In this document: positions 18,643 through 26,991 of the stretch, in pieces | Numbering within the stretch: position 1 is the first letter of the stretch | Layout: the number at the start of each line of letters is the position of its first letter | Assembly (NCBI RefSeq): GCF_018343625.1 | Contig: NZ_JAGYPG010000001.1 | Coordinates: forward strand, 190,342-230,341 | Reading direction: 5' to 3' | Length of the DNA stretch: 40,000 bases | From: Lederbergia citri | GTDB taxonomy: Bacteria > Bacillota > Bacilli > Bacillales > Bacillaceae_C | Made by a program: the position numbers and the translations under genes | The notes under the pieces: model-generated | Seen by the model: only the letters and a program-made list of their open reading frames with translations | Told to the model about the DNA's origin: nothing | Database searches by the model: none

Positions 18643-19755
18643 TTATTCAAATAATCGTTCAAATTTCTCAATTGCTTCAGTCTCCATTGAAGGTAGTAAA
18701 TGTGCATAAGTGTCCATTGTTATTTTAATTGAACTATGACCAAGCCTTTCTGAAACTACTTTCATTTGAACACCTGCTTTTAACATTAGAGTAGCATGTG
18801 TATGGCGTATTGCATGGAAAGATAAAGTTTTATTTACGGGGCTTGATTTTAGTGTATGACGGAAAATACGTGAAAAGTTATCAACAGATAAGAACTTACC
18901 GTTTTGAGTAGCAATAACTAAGTCATTGTCTTCATACTTATTCGTTTCTTGTTCAATCTTTTGCATTTCTTTATGTTTAATAATGTCTTGTTTCATTTGT
19001 TCCGAGAAGGCAACAAATCTTCCAATTGAGGTCTTGGTACCTTCTTGCATATATCGATCTGTACCCATAGCCGCTCTAACTAATCTTTTTCTGACATTTA
19101 TTGTTTTTCTATCTAAATCAATATCACGCCACTGTAAGGCCAATAATTCCCCACGTCTAAGCCCGGTGTGTGAAGCCAATCTAAATGCAAAAGCATAACG
19201 AGTGTAGCCCTCAGCAAACTCTAAAAGTTCTTTGAGTTCCTTTTCATCAAGTACTTCAATTTTTTTGTTCGTCTCTTTTGGTTTTTCAACCCCATTACAT
19301 GGGTTATACTTGATTTCTTGTCTTTTTAATAGGTCGTTATAATACTTGTTCACAATGTTATATGCTTTTTTTACCGTAGCACTGCTTAAGTTCTTATCAT
19401 ATAAACTGTTTAAAAATAATTGGACATCAGTGGCCTTAATTTGATTAACGGCTTTTTTGTTAAAGAAGGGCTTAATGTGGGTATCAAGTTGCATTTGATA
19501 AACACTTCTTGTGTTATCAGATAGGTTTCTTCTACCATTTAGCCAAACTTGTATATGTTCAGCCATATTGTCTTCAATTTCATAATCCCCACTTAATTGT
19601 CTTTTAAGTTTTTCTCTATCTGCAGTTTCTGCATCTCTAGCATCATCTCTATCTTTAAACCCACTTTGTTTCCTTCTTATTCCCTTATATTGATACTCAA
19701 AGTACCATAACAAATCTTCCTTTTTACTTCTATCCTTGTGTTTGTATTGTGGCAT
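18643..19755 (-). CDS. tyrosine-type site-specific integrase
   Basis: Start at ATG 19755 (GGGGGATGG RBS). C-terminal catalytic signature is present (GLRRGELLAL, AIRHTHATLM, MDTYAHLL). N-terminal arm-binding-like region (EDLLWYFEYQYKG). Confidence 0.85.
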   Translation of the reverse strand: MPQYKHKDRSKKEDLLWYFEYQYKGIRRKQSGFKDRDDARDAETADREKLKRQLSGDYEIEDNMAEHIQVWLNGRRNLSDNTRSVYQMQLDTHIKPFFNKKAVNQIKATDVQLFLNSLYDKNLSSATVKKAYNIVNKYYNDLLKRQEIKYNPCNGVEKPKETNKKIEVLDEKELKELLEFAEGYTRYAFAFRLASHTGLRRGELLALQWRDIDLDRKTINVRKRLVRAAMGTDRYMQEGTKTSIGRFVAFSEQMKQDIIKHKEMQKIEQETNKYEDNDLVIATQNGKFLSVDNFSRIFRHTLKSSPVNKTLSFHAIRHTHATLMLKAGVQMKVVSERLGHSSIKITMDTYAHLLPSMETEAIEKFERLFE

Positions 19756-19791
19756 TCGACCATCCCCCTTTTTAATTAGTTTAGTAGATTG

Positions 19792-19809
19792 TATCACTCC
19801 GGAGTGATA
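19792..19809. promoter_or_regulatory. 18-bp perfect palindrome upstream of int
   Basis: TATCACTCCGGAGTGATA lies about 37 nt upstream of the integrase start. With no loop, it is more likely a dimeric protein-binding site than an RNA hairpin. Confidence 0.4.
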
Positions 19810-19819
19810 TTGAGTAGGA

Positions 19820-19836
19820 GGTATTTTTATGATACC
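19820..19836. repeat. GGTA-N9-TACC motif, copy 1
   Basis: aggaGGTATTTTTATGATACCa. A near-identical copy lies at 19929-19945. Confidence 0.4.
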
Positions 19837-19928
19837 AGCCTATATGTTTTCAATAAATAAACACTTATTTAAGGCGTTATTACGATGAATAATTAGATTC
19901 TATCATTACGGAGGGATTTAGGGAAGAA

Positions 19929-19945
19929 GGTACTTTTATGTTACC
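19929..19945. repeat. GGTA-N9-TACC motif, copy 2
   Basis: agaaGGTACTTTTATGTTACCa. It is a direct repeat of copy 1 about 109 bp away, in the int/orf20144 divergent intergenic region. Confidence 0.4.
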
Positions 19946-20143
19946 ACTTCCTAACTTATAAAATATAAGCATTCAATCTATGGTCATATTTAATTTAAAA
20001 TATTTTCTAGTTGATAAATATATCGATTCGTCTTTTGGGTATATTAAAAATAAAAAATATTAATAAATGGTTTACTTTTTATAAAAAAATGTAGTAAGAT
20101 TAAATCAAATAATACATAGTCCAAAAATGAGAGGAGATAGTAA

Positions 20144-20911
20144 ATGAGTATTAGTTCAGACATGGGTCAATCGGTTATTGGGAATCTCGTTAAAGCATTT
20201 ACAGGAACAACAAATGAAGTTGTAAATGAAGTTAGGCAAGAGTACGGCTGGGACACAGGGAACTTTAAAAATGGAGGATCATGGGATACTAGGTTCAATA
20301 GAATCAAACAAGTTGCATTACAGAATGAATTATTGGTTCTAACTAGAAAAAGAGGAATATGGTCATTTATTTGTGTTCTAAATCTTGATTCTGGCACTTT
20401 ATATGTCTTTTCAAAAGACAAGAATTTAGAAGGGGTTATTAAAAAACTCGGAAGGAAAAATATTCATTACTTCCAAGCCTTTGTATCCCTAAATAGTGAC
20501 CCAGTTGATATGGACAATCAGCAAATGTCATTATTTTCTGTTTTTCCTGAAGATTACGAGATGCGTAGAATCAGAGAGGCTCAGAAAATACTAGGGGAAG
20601 AATATCCGTTAGTAAACCAAGTGATTTTTGTAGTTGCTAAGGAAGAAGAAAGAAAGATAGTTGGGGTTGAAGCGAAACTATTTAATCGATATTTTGAGTT
20701 AATTGATGTTCAAGATTGGTCTTCGCACGTTCCTGACGATGAATACGGAAGCATTCTAGTTATAGATGATGAAACCATTGACAATACTGAAAATATTGGT
20801 ATTATTCCTAAGGTGAAACTAGAGGTTAAAAACAGAAAAAATCATTTTGAAAAAGAAATTCCAAGTAAAAAGCAGCATAAAAGAAATATAAAAGAGGAAG
20901 GAAACAGTTAA
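20144..20911 (+). CDS. hypothetical 255-aa protein (island cargo, first gene of a two-gene module)
   Basis: GAGAGGAG RBS. No motif I can name. Soluble, with an acidic and Lys-rich C-terminal tail. It lies 30 nt upstream of the HTH-peptidase gene with no terminator between them. Confidence 0.6.
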   Translation: MSISSDMGQSVIGNLVKAFTGTTNEVVNEVRQEYGWDTGNFKNGGSWDTRFNRIKQVALQNELLVLTRKRGIWSFICVLNLDSGTLYVFSKDKNLEGVIKKLGRKNIHYFQAFVSLNSDPVDMDNQQMSLFSVFPEDYEMRRIREAQKILGEEYPLVNQVIFVVAKEEERKIVGVEAKLFNRYFELIDVQDWSSHVPDDEYGSILVIDDETIDNTENIGIIPKVKLEVKNRKNHFEKEIPSKKQHKRNIKEEGNS

Positions 20912-20941
20912 ATGGTCCTGTTCTCATAAGGAGGTATCAGG

Positions 20942-22123
20942 GTGTTAGAACGCCAATTTAACGGTTCAAGACTAAGAGAAGGAAGAATATATCGAGGATA
21001 TACTATTACCGACCTTGCAAACGAACTAGAAGTAAGTAAACAAATGATTTCAAAGTATGAAAATAACAAAGCAGTTCCTACTTTTGAATCCCTAATACAA
21101 ATAAGCAATTTATTAAAATTTCCAAAAGAATACTTTTATGAGAATTCGATAGAAGTCAAAACTGGTAACACTTACTTTCGTTCTCTGTTAACAACTGGTA
21201 AAAAAGAAAGAGAAATGCAGTACGACCGTGTTAAATATTTAACAATTATTCGAGCATTACTTGAAGAGTATGTTGATTTTCCAGAATTGCATGTCCCAGA
21301 CTTTTCTGAAAGGGATTCTGAGAATGTTGAAGAGATTGCGAATCGATTAAGAGTAGAATGGGGCTTAGAAGATAAACCTATTAAGGATATTGTCTTTTTA
21401 TTGGAGACAAAGGGATTTGTCATTTCTTCTTTAAATTTGGATAAGAGAACAATTGATGCTTTTGGATCGCAACATGAAGTCAATGGAAAACAATATTATT
21501 CAATTGTTTTAGGAAACGATAAAGGTTCTTTTTACAGACGCCAGTTTGATGTGGCTCATGAATTGGGGCATAAAGTCTTACATGATCCTTATTTAAATTT
21601 AGATGACTTGAGTAAGGATGAGTTCAAACAAATTGAGCAAGAAGCCAATGATTTTGCAGCAGCATTTCTTTTACCTAAAGAAAGTTTCTTGAGAGACGTC
21701 TCAATTCATCCGAACGATTTAATGTATTATAAACTTCTAAAGAAGAAATGGTGTGTATCTATTGGCGCAATGGTTATGCGCGCTTATAAATTAGGTGCAA
21801 TTACAGAAGGAACGTACCAATACATGCAAAGGTCTATAAGTCAAAAAGGTTGGAGAACCAAAGAACCACTAGATGATATAAAAGACATTAGAGAACCAGT
21901 ATCAATGAAACAAGCAATAGAACTACTTATTGAAAATAACTACATTACTGGTGATGAATTTATGCAGAAACTATCCCAACATTATGGCCTAAGTTTATAT
22001 AGGGAAGAAGTTGAGGAATTGCTTGGATTAGAGGAAGGTTATCTTAAAACAGAGTCTGTTCCTTTAAAGGATAATATAGTAAGTATTAAAGACAGACTAG
22101 AATCAAAGAAACAAATCAAATAA
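20942..22123 (+). CDS. fused XRE-family HTH / ImmA-IrrE-type zinc metallopeptidase
   Basis: GTG start 7 nt after AAGGAGG. N-terminal HTH (YTITDLANELEVSKQMISKYENNK). Central HEXXH (VAHELGHKVLHD) with downstream EQEANDFAAAFLLP, typical of COG2856/M78 peptidases. Confidence 0.8.
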   Translation: MLERQFNGSRLREGRIYRGYTITDLANELEVSKQMISKYENNKAVPTFESLIQISNLLKFPKEYFYENSIEVKTGNTYFRSLLTTGKKEREMQYDRVKYLTIIRALLEEYVDFPELHVPDFSERDSENVEEIANRLRVEWGLEDKPIKDIVFLLETKGFVISSLNLDKRTIDAFGSQHEVNGKQYYSIVLGNDKGSFYRRQFDVAHELGHKVLHDPYLNLDDLSKDEFKQIEQEANDFAAAFLLPKESFLRDVSIHPNDLMYYKLLKKKWCVSIGAMVMRAYKLGAITEGTYQYMQRSISQKGWRTKEPLDDIKDIREPVSMKQAIELLIENNYITGDEFMQKLSQHYGLSLYREEVEELLGLEEGYLKTESVPLKDNIVSIKDRLESKKQIK

Positions 22124-22147
22124 GTGTTAAACAAGTAAGACATAATA

Positions 22148-22184
22148 AATAAAACCTAGCTGATATATCAGCTAGGTTTTATTT
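22148..22184 (+). terminator. intrinsic terminator
   Basis: AAAACCTAGCTGATATATCAGCTAGGTTTT is a perfect hairpin followed by a T-rich tail. Confidence 0.85.
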
Positions 22185-22261
22185 ATGTAAGAAAAGAAGG
22201 TAACACACTCTCTATATAGAACATCATGACAATAATGAAGTTTACGAAAGAGGGTAGAGAT

Positions 22262-22552
22262 ATGAACGTAAGAAATGAAACGGAAATAGTACAAGTAAAT
22301 AAAGACATGGTTGTGGCACAACAAGATGATAATTTTGTTGCAGTTATCAAGATTAAACCTTCAAGGGGAAATCAGACTAAGTATGCCATAGTGATTCCTA
22401 AAAATAGCCCTACGAAACATCAAAGGACACTGTTTAGGAAAGAGAATAATGATTTAAATTTTTTTATGAAACTTAAGGTTGCAATCACTCTCTTTAACAT
22501 TTACAAAAGGGAAATGAAAGAAACACAAAAGGGTCAAGAAAAAAATATTTAA
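22262..22552 (+). CDS. hypothetical 96-aa protein
   Basis: ATG 22262 lies 7 nt after AAAGAGGG. The gene has its own terminator. No motif recognised. Confidence 0.5.
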   Translation: MNVRNETEIVQVNKDMVVAQQDDNFVAVIKIKPSRGNQTKYAIVIPKNSPTKHQRTLFRKENNDLNFFMKLKVAITLFNIYKREMKETQKGQEKNI

Positions 22553-22567
22553 TTATCTCTAATGAGC

Positions 22568-22600
22568 AAGTAAGGATAAATTTTTCCTTACTTCTTTTTT
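22568..22600 (+). terminator. intrinsic terminator
   Basis: AAGTAAGGA-taaatttt-TCCTTACTT stem followed by a T-run. Confidence 0.75.
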
Positions 22601-22770
22601 GTTCCTTTATAACTCACTAAAATATGTAATTGGTTCTAAGCTGGTTCATTGCTTATGATTAATCTGTTTCGAATACAGTTACAATTCTTTTTTAAAAAAA
22701 TAAAGGTTAGAACGTATATGCGTGTAAATGAATATATGTAAAGACTTTACAAAAGAAAGGATTGAATATA

Positions 22771-23139
22771 ATGGCTAGCAAGGGAAAACAAAAGAAATTG
22801 GATTTTGTGAAGGCAATTCACGATGATTATACTTTTATTATTGCCAAGCATCCCCGTTACGGATGGATGCACCATAGCGAAGAGGAGTATATATATTTTT
22901 TGTATATTACCCGCTCACAGAAGAGATTTGTAGACAACCGCACAGCTAATGTCGGTGAATACAATATTTTATGTTTTCAAAATTTCTTTTCTTCATATGA
23001 GAATCTCATGAATGTTATTGAACCAGTATTGAGTGAATATATACTGGATAACAAGAAGTTATTTCAAATAGCGATGTTATGTGAGGAACTTATAGAACCT
23101 AACGAAGATCCACTCCATAAAAAAGCAAGTGGAGAATGA
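22771..23139 (+). CDS. hypothetical 122-aa protein
   Basis: ATG 22771 follows AAAGGA. The gene has its own terminator. No motif recognised. Confidence 0.5.
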   Translation: MASKGKQKKLDFVKAIHDDYTFIIAKHPRYGWMHHSEEEYIYFLYITRSQKRFVDNRTANVGEYNILCFQNFFSSYENLMNVIEPVLSEYILDNKKLFQIAMLCEELIEPNEDPLHKKASGE

Positions 23140-23145
23140 TATCTC

Positions 23146-23176
23146 AGCAAGGATTGTCTCCTTGCTCTTTTTTTTG
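23146..23176 (+). terminator. intrinsic terminator
   Basis: AGCAAGGA-ttgtc-TCCTTGCT stem followed by a T8 run. Confidence 0.8.
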
Positions 23177-23299
23177 TTTATTTTTAATTATGACTATAAA
23201 TATTTATTTGGATAAAAAAATAATAAAGGTTTTTCTTGCCCTAGAAAGAAGTAGCAAGTATGGGAAACCAATGGAGAGTAAGGAAAGGAGAGGAGAAGA

Positions 23300-23689
23300 A
23301 TGGATAAGTTTGAATATAGTGTTCAAGATTTAATAAGTATTAATGAATTATATAATCATGCGGCAAGTGTTATGTTCCATAATTTAAATAAATTTGTTTA
23401 CATTGAAATCATTGATAGTGAGGGTGAAAAGAATTGTTTTACTCTGACTAAAAGAGACTTTAAGGCAGTTCAGACTGACTTTTTTATTTGTGTACTTAAC
23501 GATATTATTGTAGATGGCTTAGACGATGAGTTAATCATGAGTGTTAAATTAAATCCGAGTGTTGAAAATTTTCCAGTTGAAATAATATTTACTTATCAAA
23601 ATGAAATTCATGAAAGGTACTTTTGTAATTTTAAGGAATTGGGTTTTATTTATAACTCATTGAAAAAGCAAAGATCAGGCATTAGGTAG
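23300..23689 (+). CDS. hypothetical 129-aa protein
   Basis: Strong RBS (AAGGAGAGGAG). No motif recognised. Confidence 0.55.
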   Translation: MDKFEYSVQDLISINELYNHAASVMFHNLNKFVYIEIIDSEGEKNCFTLTKRDFKAVQTDFFICVLNDIIVDGLDDELIMSVKLNPSVENFPVEIIFTYQNEIHERYFCNFKELGFIYNSLKKQRSGIR

Positions 23690-23802
23690 AAGATATGAAG
23701 GTGAAGTAATACTTAGATAGAATTTTGCTCACAAATGACAGGGCCTGCACCAACAAGCTAAATAATTTAATGTGTTGGTGTCTATGTTAGGAGGTGCTGC
23801 AT

Positions 23803-24282
23803 ATGCAAACAATAATAGCCGTGAAGTCCCCTACAATTATGGCAATAGACGCCTCATTAACATCCTCCGGTATTGCTATTACAAAATTCAACAAAGAAAT
23901 TGTCATGCTCCATACAATTAAGACTACTGCTAATATGCCTATTCATCAAAGGATTCTCTTTGTATATATAAATTTAGACAAAATTATTGAAGACTACAAG
24001 GTTAAAGTTATTTTAATGGAAAGTAACTATACTGGAGGAAGTAAGGAAGTAAATTGGATTATAGGAATAATCTATTTAATTGCTGCAATGAGAGGAATTA
24101 ATGTAGTGACTTACGCTCCTGCTTCTATTAAAAAGGCTGTTACAGGGAATGGAAGAGCAAGCAAGAAAGAGATAAAAATTGCCATACATAAAATATTCGG
24201 GGATTTAAAAACAAATGAGCATGTTCGCGATGCATTGGGAATCATTCATTGTTATTTTATAAAAAAGGTTGAAGCGATATAA
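23803..24282 (+). CDS. RuvC-like Holliday-junction resolvase/nuclease (mobile-element type)
   Basis: ATG 23803 follows AGGAGG. It aligns by eye with E. coli RuvC across the catalytic blocks: IMAIDASLTSSGIAI (Asp), VILMESNY (Glu), VVTYAPASIKKAVTGNGRASKKEI, and HVRDALGIIHCY (Asp). Confidence 0.7.
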   Translation: MQTIIAVKSPTIMAIDASLTSSGIAITKFNKEIVMLHTIKTTANMPIHQRILFVYINLDKIIEDYKVKVILMESNYTGGSKEVNWIIGIIYLIAAMRGINVVTYAPASIKKAVTGNGRASKKEIKIAIHKIFGDLKTNEHVRDALGIIHCYFIKKVEAI

Positions 24283-24375
24283 AAAAATTAAAATATAAAA
24301 TAGTCATATAAAGAGTAGACATTGCGTTTGCTCTTTTTTCTTTTTGTAAATAATACCAATTAAGGAGTGATTATC

Positions 24376-24801
24376 TTGTATAAACACGATATACATAAAG
24401 GATTTACTTATTTATTTTTCTTTATGATAACGATATTTATTCTTATACCATTTGTTCCGATATCTTTTCAAATTGACCAGTTCACTTACATGAATGCTTT
24501 AATTTTTTCTATAATTGGTTCATTTTGTTTTAGTGAAATATATATCGGATTACATGAATCAATTAAGGAAAAGGGATTCCTTGCTATCTTTGTTCGATAT
24601 CTATTTATTCTTCCTGTTTTTGCAATAAATTGTTCTTTAGTCTTATTGGGAAACTGGTTTGCAATGCAGCACAAAATAGTGGATACATTAAATTTTACAT
24701 GGTTTGCAGTTGTTGGAGGCTTTATATGGTTTATTAGTTTCCATTCGGCAAAGTTAGTTCCAAATTTGCCAGCAATGGCATTTAAGAAAAAGGAGCAATA
24801 A
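24376..24801 (+). CDS. small multi-TM membrane protein (141 aa)
   Basis: TTG 24376 lies 9 nt after AAGGAG. About four hydrophobic segments. No motif recognised. Confidence 0.55.
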   Translation: MYKHDIHKGFTYLFFFMITIFILIPFVPISFQIDQFTYMNALIFSIIGSFCFSEIYIGLHESIKEKGFLAIFVRYLFILPVFAINCSLVLLGNWFAMQHKIVDTLNFTWFAVVGGFIWFISFHSAKLVPNLPAMAFKKKEQ

Positions 24802-24864
24802 TCCCGCTCTTTTTCAAATGTCAAAATATAAAGGTTTGTGTCTTTTTATACTATTCATTTGGCC

Positions 24865-24893
24865 CTGACTGTATTCTTAGATCGACGTATAAT
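24865..24893 (+). promoter_or_regulatory. candidate promoter (CTGACT-17 nt-TATAAT)
   Basis: Consensus -10 TATAAT at 24888-24893 and a 4/6 match to the -35 at 24865-24870. Confidence 0.35.
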
Positions 24894-25001
24894 AATAGAA
24901 TACCAATAAATTTCTAAGATTAGGGGGCGTTTGATATAGAACTACTTATACCAAGTAAAAAGACGAGGCTGAATACTCATTTATTTCATTTCTTATGTAG
25001 A

Positions 25002-25361
25002 TTGTTTGTTATAACTTTGTTTGCTCCTTTGACCTTACAATTCTGGGAAAACAGTGCTATGGCATATTTTATCATTGCATACTTGACTATGCAGATAGGT
25101 GGATTTATTTATAAGCGAATGTACGTTCTAACATATCAATACTTGGTCAATGAGAAATATAATAATAATGGAATGCCACCAATATTTTCTTGGATTATGC
25201 TTACGCTCATATTGTTTGTCTCATTAGTGTCCGGGGTGATACTTTTCTTTCAAGGGAATAGAGTATTTTCTACTTTTTTTATGCCATTTTTTTTCTTTAT
25301 GGGGGCATTCTGCTGGAACTTAGTAATCTATTCTGTCTTGGCATCATTAAGAGAGAGGTGA
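25002..25361 (+). CDS. small multi-TM membrane protein (about 119 aa, start uncertain)
   Basis: The frame is open from 24924 with no convincing RBS or start. The hydrophobic core shows similarity to the next ORF (GGFIYKRMYVLTYQYLV versus SGVLFHRFYLYMYDHVV). Confidence 0.5.
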   Translation: MFVITLFAPLTLQFWENSAMAYFIIAYLTMQIGGFIYKRMYVLTYQYLVNEKYNNNGMPPIFSWIMLTLILFVSLVSGVILFFQGNRVFSTFFMPFFFFMGAFCWNLVIYSVLASLRER

Positions 25362-25367
25362 GCCAAG

Positions 25368-25868
25368 TTGCATAATATAAACGAAAAGGATATTAATACT
25401 AATTTAAGGATTATTTCTGTACTATTTGTTTGGTCTATAATTTTTTGTTCAATTTCTTCAGTTATGCTATACCCTATTAATTATTTAACATTAAAACTTG
25501 ACCCAACCTACTATTTTTTATCCTTTGCTGCAGTATTCATTAGTAGTGGCGTTCTATTTCACCGATTTTATTTATATATGTATGATCATGTTGTAATCTT
25601 AGCAAAAAATCAAAATGAAAAATTTTGGAATACGATTGCTATTAATATATTTAACTTAACAGGAGCATTTGCTGGATTCCTAATTTACTTGTTTACCAAT
25701 AGCCCCGTATATGGAGGGATTACAATTTTGGTTTATTTGTACGGTTCTTTAAGTTGGTACATCCCTCTAAATTATTTTAGAAAGGAACTTAAAGAAAAAA
25801 GGGAAAGGAAATATAATACTGTCTTTATAGACGAGAATGGGAATAAACGTCTCTATTTCAAAGTTTAA
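25368..25868 (+). CDS. small multi-TM membrane protein (166 aa), probable paralog of the preceding ORF
   Basis: TTG start about 7 nt after AGAGGTGA, and 6 nt after the stop of the preceding ORF. Four hydrophobic segments and a basic C-terminal tail. Confidence 0.6.
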   Translation: MHNINEKDINTNLRIISVLFVWSIIFCSISSVMLYPINYLTLKLDPTYYFLSFAAVFISSGVLFHRFYLYMYDHVVILAKNQNEKFWNTIAINIFNLTGAFAGFLIYLFTNSPVYGGITILVYLYGSLSWYIPLNYFRKELKEKRERKYNTVFIDENGNKRLYFKV

Positions 25869-26118
25869 AAATGTGTCATGCTAGTTACAAAATAATAATG
25901 AAAATTAGCCGATAAGAATCAATAATAATGATTATTTTTAGAGGGTACAGAGGGAATAGCTGATAATATTTTTAATATAAAAGAAGGTAATTATCTGTAA
26001 ATGTTGAAATAAATAGTGTCAGGATAAATCATTCCCCTTAGAATCTTCTGACAATGTCCTCTAATTCTTTTGCCGCTTTCTTGTGTTTACTTCTTTTTTG
26101 ATTGTAATAATAATACAC

Positions 26119-26155
26119 AAAAGATCAAATGGTTTTGTTAACTATTTGATCTTTT
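26119..26155. terminator. orphan strong hairpin in the ORF-free region
   Basis: AAAAGATCAAAT-13 nt-ATTTGATCTTTT is a perfect 12-bp stem with T/A runs on both sides. No adjacent gene. Confidence 0.4.
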
Positions 26156-26538
26156 CTTATTTTTAGAAGAAAAATTTTTGCTTTCTTGTAATTAAAATTT
26201 AGTAAAAATTTATTAACGAAAAAAATAAATTCAATGTACGAAAAAAATCCATACAATAGGATAATATTAAATGTTTACTATCAAGGAAAATGAAAGAAAA
26301 CGAACAAATTTGCATTACATTAACATTTATTAAGTTTGACTGTTTTAGGCTATATTCAACAGCTTTCGGCTGTTTTTAGGGATTTATAATTATAATGGGA
26401 ATGTAAATTTTCGGTTCCTCAATGAACATTTTTTTTGAATTTTAAATGACTAATCACTCTTAAAATAAAGGTTTTTTTGAAAAGAAATATAAAGAACAGG
26501 TATGAAAAAAACTTTTATGATAGAGAGGGGTTTTCTAA

Positions 26539-26766
26539 ATGACAAAAGAATTAGAAGTATTAGTAGATAGTATTGATCGCATTGCAAATGGCTGTATTAT
26601 TGCAGTAGCAATCTTTTTTGTAATCACTTTAATTAAGTTTTTCATTAATAATAGGATAAATGATAATTTACCAGAACAAATGGCAAAAAAAATTGAGACA
26701 ATACTAGAGTGGACAAGTTTAATGACATTCAACATTGGAGTAATGTGGGCTATTTTGAACAACTAA
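26539..26766 (+). CDS. hypothetical 75-aa two-TM protein
   Basis: GAGAGGGG RBS 8 nt upstream. Two hydrophobic segments. It is isolated in a 1.5-kb AT-rich gap. Confidence 0.45.
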   Translation: MTKELEVLVDSIDRIANGCIIAVAIFFVITLIKFFINNRINDNLPEQMAKKIETILEWTSLMTFNIGVMWAILNN

Positions 26767-26957
26767 ACAATTATTTAACAACTATTTGTAAAAGGAACTG
26801 AAAAACGTTTGCAATCATTTTGATTATGGTCATTGTATTTAACCACCGTTGCCATACTTTTTACAATTAAGTAAAAAAGATTGTACCAGTAAATGACATA
26901 CACTTACCACTGAATATTTTTGTGTAATTAATGTTACTCTCACGATAGATTTACACT

Positions 26958-26991
26958 ATTATTGCGTAGTAGACTCTTACTACGCAATAAT
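26958..26991. terminator. orphan perfect hairpin
   Basis: ATTATTGCGTAGTA-gactct-TACTACGCAATAAT is a 14-bp perfect stem. No ORF ends nearby. Confidence 0.35.

Noticed and set aside
23136-23333. 65-aa ORF
   Set aside because: It spans an intrinsic terminator and an AT-rich spacer. It has no RBS and overlaps the start of the next gene.
23731-23745. TGACAGGG match to the tRNA anticodon-loop core as a possible attR
   Set aside because: Only 8 nt match, which is about one chance occurrence in 40 kb on two strands. No tRNA 3'-half sequence follows it.
26535-26762. 75-aa minus-strand ORF mirroring 26539..26766
   Set aside because: Only the plus-strand frame has an RBS (GAGAGGGG). I kept that one, and at low confidence.
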